A stretch of 60,427 nt of DNA, filler included, from Jimgerdemannia flammicorona (Eukaryota), in the NCBI GenBank assembly GCA_003990765.1. It is 3 parts of 3 records of this genome, joined end to end, with 100 filler letters (N's around TTAATTAATTAA, not from the genome) between each part and the next. Parts side by side here need not be neighbours in the genome. Positions count along the whole stretch, not along the records: positions 1 to 20,080 come from RBNJ01001768.1; 2 more parts are not named here. The stretch is one strand, 5' to 3'. The notes beneath the pieces were generated by a model. The model saw nothing but the letters and a program-made list of their open reading frames with translations. It did not search any database and was not told the DNA's origin. How positions within the stretch are numbered: position 1 is the stretch's first letter; each line of letters starts with the position of its first letter. Both the position numbers and the translations under genes were made by a program. Below, piece by piece: positions 1 to 12,900 of this stretch.

Positions 1-358
1 CTCTACTACTGTAAAATGGAGATAAAGACTACTACTACTACTGAATACCTCTAGATATGGTAGGAATATGAAATAGAAAACCTCTTCTGTTGGAAATTTT
101 CTCAGATTAGTCTCCAAGAGATACAAGATACTCACTTTATAGATATATATAAATTGAGGGTAGTCAAAAAGATCTATCAGATCTTCAGACATATACTTTA
201 GTTAATTCCCAACTTAAAGTATATCAAAGTCTCAGACTTCAAGGAATTATCAGCCTACTGTATAGATATACTGGAGGTCATGGTGGCCACAGAAGTCCAA
301 TTTACTATTACTTTCAAAAGTAATAAGATAGAAGAGTTCTGGAATCTCATTCTCCAGA
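1..358 (+). pseudogene. Family-B LTR accessory ORF, decayed copy, 5' part (split by element A)
   Basis: Reads ...YEIENLFCWKFSQ...KKIYQIFRH...EEFWNLILQ, matching the intact ORF at 36792-37607. It resumes at 12121 (QNNPDQFL*GLISVF). Confidence 0.9.
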
Positions 359-1026
359 TATAAGAGGGTTGCTTTTTAAGGTAACCATTACATAGTTCTG
401 GAAAGGTTTTCTGGATATTCTGAAAGACTGTTTTCTTATGGTCAAGATCAATTTTGTATGGAGTACATCCTCTATGCTTATTGATTTTAAGATCAGGTTG
501 ATATCTCAATCAAAGTCCTTTTTTGGGACTAGTTCTGGATGTTCAGGATTTTCTGTATTTCAGAAAGTTCAAGAAACTAAGACCAGCTTAGTTGAATTAG
601 CATATTGCTGCAGACAATACCCAATTAGGAAATTTTGTGATGGGGTTAGGAGTAGGACCTAATGGGGAGTGGATTTACTTAAGGGTGGTTTGTGGGTTAT
701 TTGAATGGGTTTATTTGCTATTTATGATATTGCTATACTAGGAGTAGTTGTGTGAAGGGATATGGTGGGGAAGTATTTAGGAATGTTTTTGTGTGTTTGA
801 GTCTGAGATTCTGAGGTCTGGGGGAGGGGGTATTTATACTAGTGAGGGGCTATCTGGACTATGCTGAATATGGATATAGCACTAAGTACTTTACTGAGTC
901 GGAATGCAGTCACATAGTACAAGTGTGATCTGACATATCAAGAGATCATCTGACTGCTGAGTCAGTTCATAGTCACATTGTACAAGGCTACTCTAACTAT
1001 ACTATGACTGCTAGGCTATTTATGAT

Positions 1027-3336
1027 TTAGGTACTGTCTGGGTAGTCCTCAATGATATCACCATCGATTGCATCATCTCTGATAAAGTAGTTGTCCAGGA
1101 AAAGTGGTTCACAGATTACTTCTCCTTCTTCACTGAGGTAATAATACATTGGAACTTTGTCTCCATCCCATAAGATGGCATCGTCTGTCTCATATGCTGG
1201 ATAAGGTATTGGTGGGTGAAGGAGGGGTGTATCATCTTTGCTTTTATTGGTTTCACTATCTGCATACCTTCTATAGGTTATGGCACTATGAGTTGCAGGG
1301 TTGTAGTAGGCTGGTGGCTGTGGTTCATGTCACTCGTACTCAGATGGTGGAGTGGTTGGTTCAATCTCGAGAGTTGTCTGGAGGTACAGGTTGTATTCTC
1401 TGGTCTCTTCATTATAGTTGAAGTAATTGGAGGTGAATGTAGGTTAGTATTCATACCAGTAGTCATTGTCCCAATAAGTCTCGTATACTGTTATAAATTA
1501 TTGTAAGTTCATTGGCAAGGTTGGTGGTATGATCAGGGTTGGCAGAGATCCTTGACTAGGGGTCATGTCGGCATCAGAGGGATCATTGTCTTCTGCTTCA
1601 TTTTCATCAAAGTGGATTATATTGTAGATGTCCTTCATATTTTTTTTTTTTTTTTTTTTTTTTTTAATGGACTCACGTCCCATGGATTTTTATTGGAAGG
1701 GAACCTAGACTATATAGGCCAAAACCCTCTCCCACCACCCACCAAGCACTGCTCCCCCATTAACCTAGGCTAGCTATTGTCCAGCAGCTCAACCATGCCA
1801 GGCACAGCAGAGCTGATAAGCTCGTACCTCATTCTGTGCACCATGCTCTCCCTACTACTAGGGGAAACCCAACCATATGCCAACGACCGAAAGTGCATGC
1901 CTGAGAACCCAACGTATGTACAAGGCCATGCCCGAGCCGAATAGCATAGCCCCTGCCACCCCAAAGAGAATGACAGGCAAAGAAAAAAACCCTCATCAAA
2001 GCACAACATGGTGGGTAGGGCCTGGTTCTCCCAGTTGAGGTGAGTAAAGGACTTACATGTAAGGCGGGAGGAAACCCCCAATACCCCACTACTCAAGCCT
2101 GCAGGCCTCAATCACATTGCCATATCAGCTCCCGGTTCTAGTTGAGTGCAGCCAAGATGCCTGAAATGAGTAGCCTCGGGCCCCCCGACCCCCCCTGATG
2201 ACTGGGGCCTCACCCTGCTACCCGCCAAAAGAAGCTGAGAGTGACACCTACCATCTAACCATACTGCACCAATCAAAAGGCCCCACCAAAGCAGTACCTG
2301 CCCCAGCCCCGACGACCGCCCCCAGCCTGGCACCCTACTGGTTCACCATAATCACCCTTCCACCTATCTGTGATGGCCATCTCCCCTCCCATCCTGACAA
2401 TACCTGAAAAGCAGTTACCTACACCAGAACTGCACTCGCCGGGAAGCTCGCCAAAGCCAGAGGGCCCCACCATAGGCACCGAGGACCTGCAGGTAACCTA
2501 TACTGAGCACTTGATGCCCAAGGTCGGCCGACTCTCTACATAGTCTGAGACATACTGAGATAACTCCTTGTTGGCGATGGCAAAAGGAAGAAGGCGCCAC
2601 ACCAAAACGGGTACACCCCAGATGCAGCTGAAGGCACCAGAATCCACGAAAAAGTGGAGGAAGCACCGATCTGACACCGATAAAGGGGCAACTCAGCACC
2701 ATTGCCCTCCTCCCACCATACTCCTGCAGGCACAGCAAACCAACTCGAGGTAGAGGGGGTAATATTAGGGGAAAGGGGACTCGGAAGGTTGCCTACCAAA
2801 CCTTGTGACCAGTAAGGTAGTGGAGAAAGAAGCTAGTAGATGTCCTTCATAGCGTATCCAACTTGGAGCATTTGCAGGATCTGATCATTGGGGTGTGGAA
2901 AGGTTCTGTCTGTAGTTTCGATATACTTGAGGTACTTGTGGTTGAGTTCTTGTATCATGTCATCAATTTGGCCATAGGACAGGGTAGCAACCATTTTAGC
3001 TGTGGTAACTCAGAGGTGGGAAATAATAGTACTATACTTGTAGAAGAGTTCTCAATGTTTGCAGGTGATGAGCTTCTGGTGTTGAGACATCTGAGTAATG
3101 TCTGTATTGTGGTGGTGTTCAATCATGTCTTCCAGGAGGCAGCTGATCTGGTAGTAGCTTGAGATTTGTCTGATTCAGTGGACCTCACTAAGTATGTTCA
3201 GAGTATTCCATCAGGCTTCCATGAAGTAGAGGGGTACTAGGCTATGGATATTCATGAGGGGCAGAGGGGGTGTGGCTTGGTTGACAATGACATTCCAAAT
3301 ATCAGCATGGATATAGGTATAGATCTTGGTGGTTAT
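1027..3336 (-). pseudogene. Family-A LTR (U3) accessory ORF, 3'-LTR copy, ~365 aa after removing the LINE
   Basis: Removing 1640-2851 leaves 1098 nt (366 codons) in one frame. The start is ATG->ATA, and stops are CAA/CGA-type transitions. Confidence 0.75.
1640..2835 (-). mobile_element. 5'-truncated L1/Tx1-like LINE 3' end with poly(A)
   Basis: Poly(T) at 1640-1665 and AATAAA on the minus strand. 16-bp TSD GTAGATGTCCTTCATA at 1624-1639 and 2836-2851. The same tail occurs at 60217-60427. Confidence 0.85.
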
Positions 3337-3624
3337 GTTTGTGTGTTTAGAAGTTGTAGTTGTTGTTTATTTTGGTTCTTTGATTCAATGCGTCTCAGTG
3401 CTCAGTATATATGCATTTGATCCTGATTAGTAAGATTCTGTTTGTGTAAATCTTGTGTTCTGTGACTTCATATTGACTCAGCTTTGTACACTGTGACTTT
3501 GGTTTGACTCAGCTTTGTGATCAAGCAGGTGATTTCCAGATTTGTTCAGAGGTCATGTGTAATTTCAGTAGCTTGTTCAGAGGGTAACATGTAATTTCGG
3601 TGGCTTGGAGGTTGTGTACTTATA

Positions 3625-3640
3625 ACTCTCCCCTTCTTAG
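3625..3640 (-). promoter_or_regulatory. Polypurine tract of element A
   Basis: Minus strand CTAAGAAGGGGAGAGT immediately before the 3' LTR. Confidence 0.85.
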
Positions 3641-3859
3641 CTTTTGATGTCCTTATTGAGGCCTTCTAATTTTGTTCACTGGTACAGAGAGAATAGGCTT
3701 GTTTTTAGTTTTGCTATTTTTCCAGAGGGTCAGTATTCTTGTCTTGTTTTGCTGAGTTCTTGGTTTGGTTTGCAATAATTATAATGTTCAGGAGGATAAT
3801 ATATAGTATGTACAGATAGGTGTGGAGTATTTAGTTCTAATTGTTCAAGGAATCATATT

Positions 3860-6800
3860 CCTGGACTAGGTCAGTAGCATTCTGGAGATTAGTCTTGGGT
3901 TCCCAGGTTGTATCATGGATCAGGTAATCTTTCTATTTGACAAGGTACTTAGGGTGGCTCTTGTTGCTACGTTTGTTGAGGATTTGTTCAACTTCATACT
4001 CTTCTTAGTCATTAATAATGACAGGTACAGGTGGTTCGGTGGTCCAGTTTGGAAATAGCTCGTCATCATTCTTATTATATCACTTGAGATGTCAAACATT
4101 AAAGACTAGGTGAATCTTAATGGTATCTGGTAGTGCCAATTTATAGGAGATTGGAGAAACTTGTGCAATGACTTCAAATGGTCCAATGAACTTGCTGTTC
4201 AGCTTTGTAGATGGTCTGTGCTTGAGGTTGTCAACTCGGTATCCTCTGATGTCTAAAAAGTTTCTTCTCAGTTGTGTTGGTTAATATACTGTGACTGTTA
4301 TTCTTGAGCTCATGATAAATTCTCAATGGAAATCTGGCTTAGATTGCACATTCAGAGTAAGAATTCTTCAACAGCTTTGACTGTGGAGGGTTCTTCAGTG
4401 GTTTGGACAAGTGTCAAAGGGGTGTTTGGGTTTTGTCCAGTGTTGGTAAAGAATAGGGTCATTCTGAGAGAGGCTTGTTTGCTATTGTTATAGGCAAACT
4501 CAACTACAGTGAGGTGTTTATGCCAGTCATCTTATCTGTAGGAAACATAGTTCCTTAGCATTTGTTCCAGAGTTCAGTTCATTCTTTCAGTTTGGCCATC
4601 AGTTTCTGGGTGAAAGGCTGTGGACAGTACAAGTTTTGTTCCAAGGTATGTATGGAGGGCTTTCTAAAAATAGCTGGTGAATTTCGGGTCTCGGTCACTA
4701 ACAATGATCTTGAGAAGACCATGATAGCAGAAGATATTGTCAAACAAGAGTGTGGCTATGTCTGGTGCTGTTACAGTAGTGGTAGTAGGCACAAAGTTAG
4801 CTTGTTTGCTGAGATAGTCCATAAAGACAACAATTGCATCTTTCCCATTCTTAGTTCAGAGTAGTTGTACAATAAAGTCTATAGAGATTTGTTTCCAATT
4901 AGCAGATGGTACTGGGATAGGGTGAAGTAAGCTGGGTTTTGCTAGTGTTGAGGACTTGTTTCATTGGCAGGCATTACAGGAAGTGATGTAGGTTTTGAGC
5001 TGATCTGCCATGCAGGGCCAATAGAAGTTTTGGGAGATAACTTCGTAACATTTATCAAATCCTAAATGTCCAGCTATAGGGGCATCATGATATTTGAATA
5101 GAATAGTTCTTCAGAGGTCTCAGTTGTTTGGGACATACAGTCTGTCTTTGTAGTAGATAGCGTTATCCTTTAGTTGGTATTGATGATACTGTGTATACTT
5201 GTTAGCATCATTACTATTCAGGATTTCTCACAGTGCTTGAGCTTTCTTATCATCAACACATGCTGTGATAATTTGTTCTATGATGGAGTTTGTAACCAAG
5301 GTGAGAGTTTGGATAACCTCTTCGATTGGTGGTCTGGAGATTACATCAGCAACAATATTTTCCTTACCAGGGTGATACTGGATTTCGTAGTCAAAGTTGG
5401 TGAGGACTTTCATCCATCTGGCTTGCTTTTGAGAAAGGGTAGCCTGCATCTTGATATTGACTAATGATTTGTGGTCAGTCAATATGGTGAAGTATGCTCC
5501 TTCTAGGTAGGGTCGCCATTTGATCAGAGTATCTATGATGGCTAGCATTTCCTTCTCATGGGTTGCATAGTTAATTTCAGTATCATTGAACTTGCGGGAG
5601 TAATAGGCCACAGAGTGTCCTTCTTGTATGAGTACTGCTCCAAGGGCTAGGTCAGAGGCATCAGTGGTAACTTTATATAGTAGTGCAGGGTTTGCTGCTT
5701 GAAGTACTAGAGTGGTTATCAAGGTATCCTTTAGTGCTTGAAAGGTGATATCTTGCTCAGGTCTCCAAGTTACAAGATTGTTGAAGTCTTTCTCTTATTT
5801 TATAGTCCAAGGTTGTTCTTATTTCTTACTATGCTTGGTCATTTGGGTGAGAGCGGTAGTGATTTTAGCAAAGTTGGCAACAAATTGCCTGTAATAGTTT
5901 GCTAATCCCAGGAATAACTGGAGGTCTTTCAGCTTCTTGGGTCTGGGCCAATCCTTGATTGTGGAGATTTTGCTGGGATCCACTTTGATTCCATTTGGAG
6001 TGACAATATGTCCAAAGAATTGAATTTCTTTCAGGAGAAATTTACACTTGCTGAGTTTTGCAAAGAGTCAGTTTTCTCGGAGTTTCAGTAGTACTAGTTC
6101 AAGGTATTCAAGATGTTCCTCCAGGGTTTTGCTGAAGACTAGGATGTCATCAATGTAGACAACAACAAATTTATCCAGGTATGGATGCAGAATGGTTTTC
6201 ATCAGTGTCTGGAAGGTTGCTGGAGCATTAGTTAAGCCAAAGGGCATAATAAGGAACTCAAAGTGTCCATAGCAAGTTCAGAAGGCTGTCTTATAGATGT
6301 CTTCTTCTTTCATGGCAATTTGCCAGTAACTATTTCGTAGATCAAAAGAGCTCATGAATTGTAGGTTGGTAAGTCTATTGAATATTTCATTGATCCTCAG
6401 TAGTGGGCAACAGTTCTTGATGGTCTGTTCATTGAGATCACGGTAGTCAATGCATATTCGTAGGTCTCCTCCTTTTTTAACAACAAAGAGGACTAGTGTG
6501 CCATAGGGTGATATACTGGGTCTGATGAATCCTTGTTCTAGGAGTTTGTCAATTTCTTTCTTAAGTGTATCGATTTCTCTCAGAGATATATGGTAGATTG
6601 ACTTGAAGGCTGGTTTGGCATCTGGGATAGTCTTGATGGCATAGTCTACTGCTTGTTTAGAAGGTAGGCCTTTTGGGAGCTTCTTTGGGAATATGTCTCG
6701 AAATTTCTGGAGTAGTGATCTGACATAGCTGTCAACTTTGGAAAAATATTCTTCAGGGTTCTCAAGTTCTCCTTTGGGTGGGTGGATGGAGATGGCAAAG

Positions 6801-7260
6801 AGGGGGCATTTCTTAGCCAATTTCTTGAGTTGTAGTTTGTTGATGTGGGTAATCTTTGGTCCAGGATCACTAGAATTAAGTGAGTCCTTTTCACCTTGCA
6901 GTTTGAAGCTATGGTGTCCTTTCTTGATGGTCAGAGAATGGTTTACCCAATCGATCATGGGGTTCTCTTGTTTTAATCATAGAGTCCCAAGGATGATTTC
7001 ATTATCAGGAAGTGGTACAATTTGGAGGGTAACATATACTCGATAGTCACCAATTCGGAGGGATAGATTGTGAACTTCTTTGCTAATAACATGTGAGGTT
7101 CCATCAGCTGTAGCAACTGCTTGAGTTTGTTGTACTAGAGAGATAAAGACCTTGAGTCTTTTGGCTGTCTCTTCATTGATGAAGTTGCCTGAGGCACCAC
7201 TGTCTATCATAATCTTGACAGGTGCTCAGTTGGCAAAAGCCTTAAGTGTGAGCAGTTTGT
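3860..7260 (-). pseudogene. Element A pol: protease, RT, RNase H, integrase, chromodomain
   Basis: IDSGASGNF; RT DLRICIDYRDLN and VYIDD; RH TDASDLALGAVL; IN FHPETDGQTE; GPF motif; chromodomain EYEVEQIL...YLVK...TWEP. Many transition-derived stops. Confidence 0.93.
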
Positions 7261-7319
7261 CTGATCCAATGGTGGTGATTTCAGTTGTAGGAGCTTTCCT
7301 TCTATTGATTCTTCTTTAA

Positions 7320-7450
7320 GCCAGTTCATTGATACAAGAGAAGCAATCATCAATCATTCAGGAAGAGTACATTCCAATGCCATGGGGGCATCAGCTACTT
7401 GGTATATATTCATCTTCGATTTTCTTATAGAATTATTCTTCTTTGTTCAT
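7320..7450 (-). other. CPHG-x-CxxC module between dUTPase and protease of element A
   Basis: In frame with both neighbours: FYKKIEDEYIPSS*CPHGIGMYSS*MIDDCFSCINEL. Confidence 0.7.
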
Positions 7451-7479
7451 AGTAGGTTGGGCTGGGGCTTTGTTTGATG

Positions 7480-7880
7480 AGCCAAATCCTTTGGATCCTT
7501 GGATAGTGGGCAGTAGTTCAGACACTTCCTTGACTGTCAGGGTTGACTTGATTTTTTCGAATAGGATCTGAGCAATGTAGAAACCAATAAGGATCTTGAA
7601 GAGTGTCCAACTGTAGTTTTGGATGAGGACAATAATTTCGCCTGTGTAATCCTTGTCAATGACTCCTCCTTCTACTGAGAGTCCTTTCAATGCTAGGCTG
7701 CTGCGACAGTATATTCTTCCAATATGTCCTTCAGGGATTTGGATACTGATTTCTGTGTAGACTTGTTTGACTTCTCAGTTGGAAACTATAGCTTCTTCAG
7801 CTGTATACAGATCATATCCAGCTGCTTTCTGACTTCCTTTGGTTGGGGCCTTAGCAATTTGTCTTAACTTGACAAAGTCC
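7480..7880 (-). pseudogene. dUTPase domain of element A (between gag zinc knuckle and protease)
   Basis: AAGYDLY, RSSLA, GGVIDKDYTGEI, IAQILF and GSKGFGSS motifs. Confidence 0.92.
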
Positions 7881-7949
7881 AGTGTTCTGGTGGTCAGGTT
7901 GTTGAGGTGGTACAGAGTAGTAACTGTTGCTCATGTTGCTGTTTGGAGA

Positions 7950-10060
7950 TTTCAGTTAGGGCAGACACTGGCCATGTGTCCTGTCTTTCAGCAATAGAAG
8001 CATGCTCCACTTCTTCAAAGTTCATTCCTTTCACCTTCAGTAAGTTTCTTGAAGATACTTGGCTGGGTAGGTTTGTGATTTCTAGGTGTCCAAGAGGTGG
8101 ATGTGGAGAGAGCTCAGGATGCTTCATACTTGGGTTCTTCTTTCTTGGTCCAAGTCTTTTCCTTATTATTGAATTGTCTTCATGGCAGAATTGGTCCAGC
8201 TGTTAGGATTCACTTGACCATAGTCTTAATTCTTACCAGGCATCATTGTTGGTGGTCACAACTAACTGAGCAGCCTTATTCTCGGATTTTTCTAGTAAGC
8301 CATTCAGGCAAGGCATCAAATAAGTGGTCTGCTCTTATACTATTTCATACTTCATCATTGGCAATGTATCCTAGGCCAATAGTGTTCAGGAGTGACTTGA
8401 GTTTTGTACAGAAGGTTTCGAATTCTTCTTTGCCATGTATATCAAATTTGAGATTGCAGAGTTTTACTCAAGATTCAGCAATCATGGTTTTGCTGTGGTA
8501 TTGAGCAATCATGAGTTGTTTGAGTCCAGGGGCTGCAGGATGGGCTCCATATCCTGGGGCATTGTTTGCTGCATTCTGAGCAACTACTGCAGGTCAGATA
8601 TCCCATGTGAGGGGTTTTTTAGGAAGGGTTCACCACCATTCTTCAGCAGGTCCTCGGAAGAATGTAACAACTCAGTGGACATAGGCTGTAGTGGTAGCAA
8701 AGAGTTGTTCCAGTGTGTGGTCTTGATTGTTTATCAGAATGCAGTCAGCAACTCGCTCATTGGTCCATTGATTGGCTTCGAAGTTGGTGTCAACTATACT
8801 AATGAAGCTTTGGACTTCTTGTGCAGTACCATTGAAGGTAGATAGGCTCAGATTTTTAGTAGGTCAGGTCTATTCAGCTAAGGCAGTAATGGTTGCTGTC
8901 ATTATAGCTATTTGGGCTGTGAGATCAAGAATCTGTTAGTTTGCTATGTTGTTTGCTGAAGGCAGTTGGACTGCTGATAGTAGTGTTACTGGTACTACTT
9001 GAGGTATTGGTGCAGAGTGTGATGGGGTTCTTTGAGTCTGTATAAGTTGCTGAAGTAGTAGTTGTGGATCTGGAGTAAGGGCTTGATAGATAGCTGTTTG
9101 TTATTGTGTAGATGTATTCTGTCCTGATGGGAGTGTGTCTCCTTTGGTAGTGTATCCGGGATCGAATTCAGTGAGATACTCCTCCTCCTCTTCAGTTTGG
9201 TTCCCATGTAATTGGGTTTGTTCAGTATTGAAGTAGACAGAATCAGTTATATATCTGATTTCAGAGGGACTTAATTCAAAGTCAAGTTCAGGTTCAGTAT
9301 TGGTTTCAGATTCAGGTAGGGCTGTAGCAGGGCCTGCCTCAGATTCAGAATTAGGTAGTTGATGAAGGGTTTCTCTTACTTCTTCTTTAAGAATATGGCA
9401 GGCCTTACTGTTCTGGAATTGGTAGTATAATGCGGTCTTGGTCCTGGTACAGTGAAAGTCGGTAGAGTTGAGCCACTTGGCTACAGAGACTTGGGCTTCA
9501 TGAGAAACTAAGGCTAGGAAGACTGCTGCTGGTTGTCCTAGATTGCTCAGATTCGTGGAGCTGACAAAACTCTTATTGAGAAGAGTAAAGAAGGCTTCAA
9601 TAAGACCTTCTTCATCTTGACTTGCTGGGTATAGTGCAAGGAGTTCGATGAATAGGGTTTTGCCTACTTGCTGGTTTAACCAGAGTACTTCTTTCTTTGA
9701 ATGAAGTTTATCCCACTTGTTGCAGGTGTGGAGGTCAAATTGTCCTTGTACATCAGGTTCAATTCTCTCCAGATTGTCAGATGGTTCAGGATAAATTCCA
9801 GTTCAGAGGTTGGGCTTTATACCAACTTGTAGGAATTCTCAGAAGGGTTTGTAGTGGGGTAAGGAAGTGTCTTGAAGTGGAATTGGATTATAAACTGCTA
9901 CTACCAAGTTGTAAGAGGGTTGCTTTTTAGGGTAACTGTTACATAGTTCTGGAAAGGTTTTATGGATATTCTGGAAGACTGTTTTCTTATGGTCAAGATC
10001 AATTTCATATAGAGTACGTCCTCTATGCTTATTGATTTCAAGATCAGGTTGATATCTCAA
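7950..10060 (-). pseudogene. Element A gag with long in-frame N-terminal extension that crosses the PBS into U5
   Basis: Zinc knuckle CFYC*KTGHMASVC near 7960-8005 and capsid-like FRGPAEEWW. The frame continues upstream with few CGA/CAA-type stops. Confidence 0.75.
9895..9906 (-). promoter_or_regulatory. PBS of element A (tRNA-iMet-like TGGTAG...)
   Basis: Minus strand TGGTAGTAGCAG, 3 nt from the LTR end. It resembles element E TGGTAGCAGTAG. Confidence 0.7.
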
Positions 10061-10576
10061 CCAAAGTTCTTTTTTGGGACTAGTTCTGGATATTCAGGAT
10101 TTTCTGTATTTCAGGAAGTTCAAGAAACTAAGATCAGCTTAGTTGAATTGGTATATTGCTGCAGACAATATCCAATTAGGAAATTTCATGATGGGGTTAG
10201 GAGTAGGACCTAATGGGGAGTGGATTTACTTAAGGGTAGTTTGTGGGTTATTTGAATGGGTTTATTTACTATTCATGATATTGCTATACTAAGAGTAGTT
10301 GTGTGAAGGGATATTGTAGGGAAGTATTCAGAAATGTTCTTGTGTATTCGAGTCTGAGATTCTAAGGTCTGGGGGAGGGGGTATTTATACTAGTGAGGGC
10401 TATCTGGACTATACTGAATATGGATGTAGTACTAAGTACTTTGCTGAGTCAGAATGCAGTCATGTAGTACAAGTGTGATCTGACATGTCAAGAGATTGTC
10501 TGACTGCTGAGTCAGTTTACAGTCATGTCATATAAGGTTACTCTAACTGTATTATAACTGCTAGGCTATTTATAGT

Positions 10577-11832
10577 TTAGGCACTGTCTGGGTAGTCCTC
10601 AATGACATCACCATTGATTGCATTATCTCTGATGAAGTAGTCATCCAGGAAAAGTGGTTCATAGATTACTTCTCCTTATTTGCTAAGGTAATAATACATT
10701 GGAACTTTGTCTCCATCCCACAAGATGACATCATCTGTCTCATATGCTGGATAAGGTGTTGGTGGGTGAAGGAGGGGTGCATCATCTTTGCTTTCATTGG
10801 TTTCACTATTTGTATACCTTCTATAGGTTACGGTACTATGAGTCACAGAGTTATAGTAGGCTGGTGGCTGTGGTTCATGTCACTCGTACTTAGGTGGTAG
10901 AGTGGTTGGTTCAATCTCAAGGGTTGTCTGGAGGTATAGATTGTATTCTCCAGTCTCTTCATTATAGTTGAAGTAATTGGGGATGAATGTAGATTAGTAT
11001 TCATACCAGTGGTCATTGTCCCAATAAGTCTCATATACTGTTATGAATTGTTATAAGTTTATCAGCAAGATTGGTAGTGTGATCAGGGTTGGCAGGGATC
11101 CTTAACTAGGGGTCATGTTAGCATCAGAGGGATCATTGTCTTCTGCTTCATCTTTATCGAAGTGGATTATATCATAGATGTCCTTCATGGTATATCCAAC
11201 TTGGGGCATTTGCAGGATCTGATCATTGAGGTGTGGGAAGGTTCTGTCTGTGATTTCGACATACTCGAGGTACTTGTGGTTGAGTTCTTGTATCATGTCA
11301 TCGATTTGGCCATAGGACAGGGTAGTAATCATTTCGGTTGTAGTAACTCAGAGGTGGGAAATAATAGTGCTATACTCATAGAAGAGTTCTCGATATTTGC
11401 AGGTGATGAGCTTCTGGTGTTGAGACATCTGGGTGATGTCTATATCATGGTGGTGTTTGATCATGTCTTCCAGGAGGCAGCCGATCTAGTAGTAGCTTGA
11501 GATTTGTCCAATTCAGTGGATCTCACTAAGCATGTTCAGAGCATTCCATCAGGCTTCCATGAAGTAGAGGGGTGCTAGGCTATGGATATTTGGGGTGTGG
11601 CTCGATTGACAATGGTATTCCAAATGTCAGCATGGATATGGGTATAGATCTCGGTGTGGTAGTGGTGTTAGACAAAGTAGTTTTTCATCAGGAAGGAGTA
11701 GGGGGGGAGGCCCCCCTAGGGGGATCAGATAGGAGGGGGGCTCACTGTATTTATATAGGATAGATGAGATTAATAAAGGGAAGGAGTCCAAGTGACTATA
11801 AAAAAAAAAAAGGTATAGATCTCGGTGGTCAT
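10577..11832 (-). pseudogene. Family-A LTR (U3) accessory ORF, 5'-LTR copy
   Basis: ATG ACC ACC GAG at 11832. Interrupted by an insertion (11657-11811) and a 13-bp deletion near 11590. One frame runs from 11590 to the stop at 10577-10579. Confidence 0.75.
11657..11811 (+). mobile_element. Short poly(A) retroposon (LINE 3' tail or SINE-like), second family
   Basis: AATAAA and poly(A). 16-bp TSD GGTATAGATCTCGGTG at 11641-11656 and 11812-11827. Absent from the sister LTR. A homologue lies at ~16040-16145. Confidence 0.85.
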
Positions 11833-12120
11833 ATTTATGTGTTTGGAAGTTATAGTTATTGTTTGTTTTGGTTCTTTGATTCGACATGTCTTGGTGCTCG
11901 GTATATATGCATTTGATCCTAATTGGTAAGATTCTGTTTGTATAAATCTTGTGTTCTGTGACTTCATATTAACTCAGCTTTGTGCACTGTGACTTTGGTT
12001 TGACTCAACTTCGTGATCAAGCAGGTGATTTCCAGATTTGTTCAGAGCTCATGTGTGATTTCAGTGGCTTGTTCAGAGGGTGATGTGTAATTTCGGTGGC
12101 TTGGAGGTTGTGTGCTTACA

Positions 12121-12900
12121 CCAGAACAATCCAGATCAATTCCTATAAGGATTAATCTCAGTTTTCTAAGACCCCAGTATCCAGATTAGACTCCCTCAAG
12201 ATCCTATCTTTATCTCCTACTTTGTAGAGGAAAATGTCATAGACTGAAGAGCCCCTGATCTCTTTGCTCTCTCTACTACTAAATATAGTAATGTCATCTC
12301 ACTAATTGATATATATAAAATATATAAAATATACAAAATAGATGAGATACTTACAGAAATATTTGCTGACCTTATCTTCTTTAAAGATATCCTGACCTCT
12401 GATCTTGATAATAGTGATGAAGATGAAGTCCCTAGAGTTCTAAATATTCTGCTCTAAGTTCTTTATATAACTATTGAAATTATTCTAGTATTCTGATCTT
12501 ATATAACTATTTATATAGATACTCAAATTTGTACTTATAATCTGAAGTTTTCTGTATTCAAGTACCTTATTTATTTAGTTATTGAAATTTATATTTAGTT
12601 TTATAACTTAGCAATCATTGAATTATATTTTATATAAATATCTCTCTCATTTCCTTTAAAATAAACTCAGTATTTAAATACTCAGTATTAAAACTACTTA
12701 AGAAGTATAGAAGTTCTGGTCCTTTACTCAATTTTAAGTAAGCAAATCCAAGAGACAATAGAACAGTTTAAAGATAAGATATTTGAGGACTATAAGATCT
12801 TAAAAAGATACTCCAATAGAACTTGCTTATAAGAAACTTATAGTTGGTCTAAGAGATATATCTTGATATATTTGGAAAGCTTAGTGCCCACTATATAATA
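12121..12900 (+). repeat. Family-B LTR remainder (ORF 3' half with stop at 12455-12457, then R/U5), strongly decayed
   Basis: Reverse-complement match to 36344-37100. Ends CTATATAATA (from CTATGTGACA). No PBS follows. Confidence 0.85.

Larger units (their letters stand above)
359..3624 (-). repeat. Element A 3' LTR (contains LINE insertion 1640-2835)
   Basis: Colinear with 9910-12120. Termini TG..CA are mutated to TA..TA. The PPT is adjacent. Confidence 0.93.
359..12120 (-). mobile_element. Element A: full-length decayed Ty3/Gypsy chromovirus (gag-dUTPase-PR-RT-RH-IN-chromodomain) with ~2.1-2.2-kb LTRs
   Basis: 5-bp TSD CCAGA at 354-358 and 12121-12125. Paired LTRs, PBS, PPT and pol motifs are all on the minus strand. 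Confidence 0.95.
9910..12120 (-). repeat. Element A 5' LTR (2211 bp including a 171-bp retroposon insertion)
   Basis: TGTAAG...CTTACA termini. On the minus strand, TATAAATA at 10382-10389 and AATAAA at 10261-10266. Confidence 0.95.

Noticed and set aside
11641..11827. Microhomology deletion in the 3' LTR, or a second LTR promoter
   Set aside because: Poly(A) plus a 16-bp direct repeat and restoration of the ORF start show it is an insertion in the 5' LTR.
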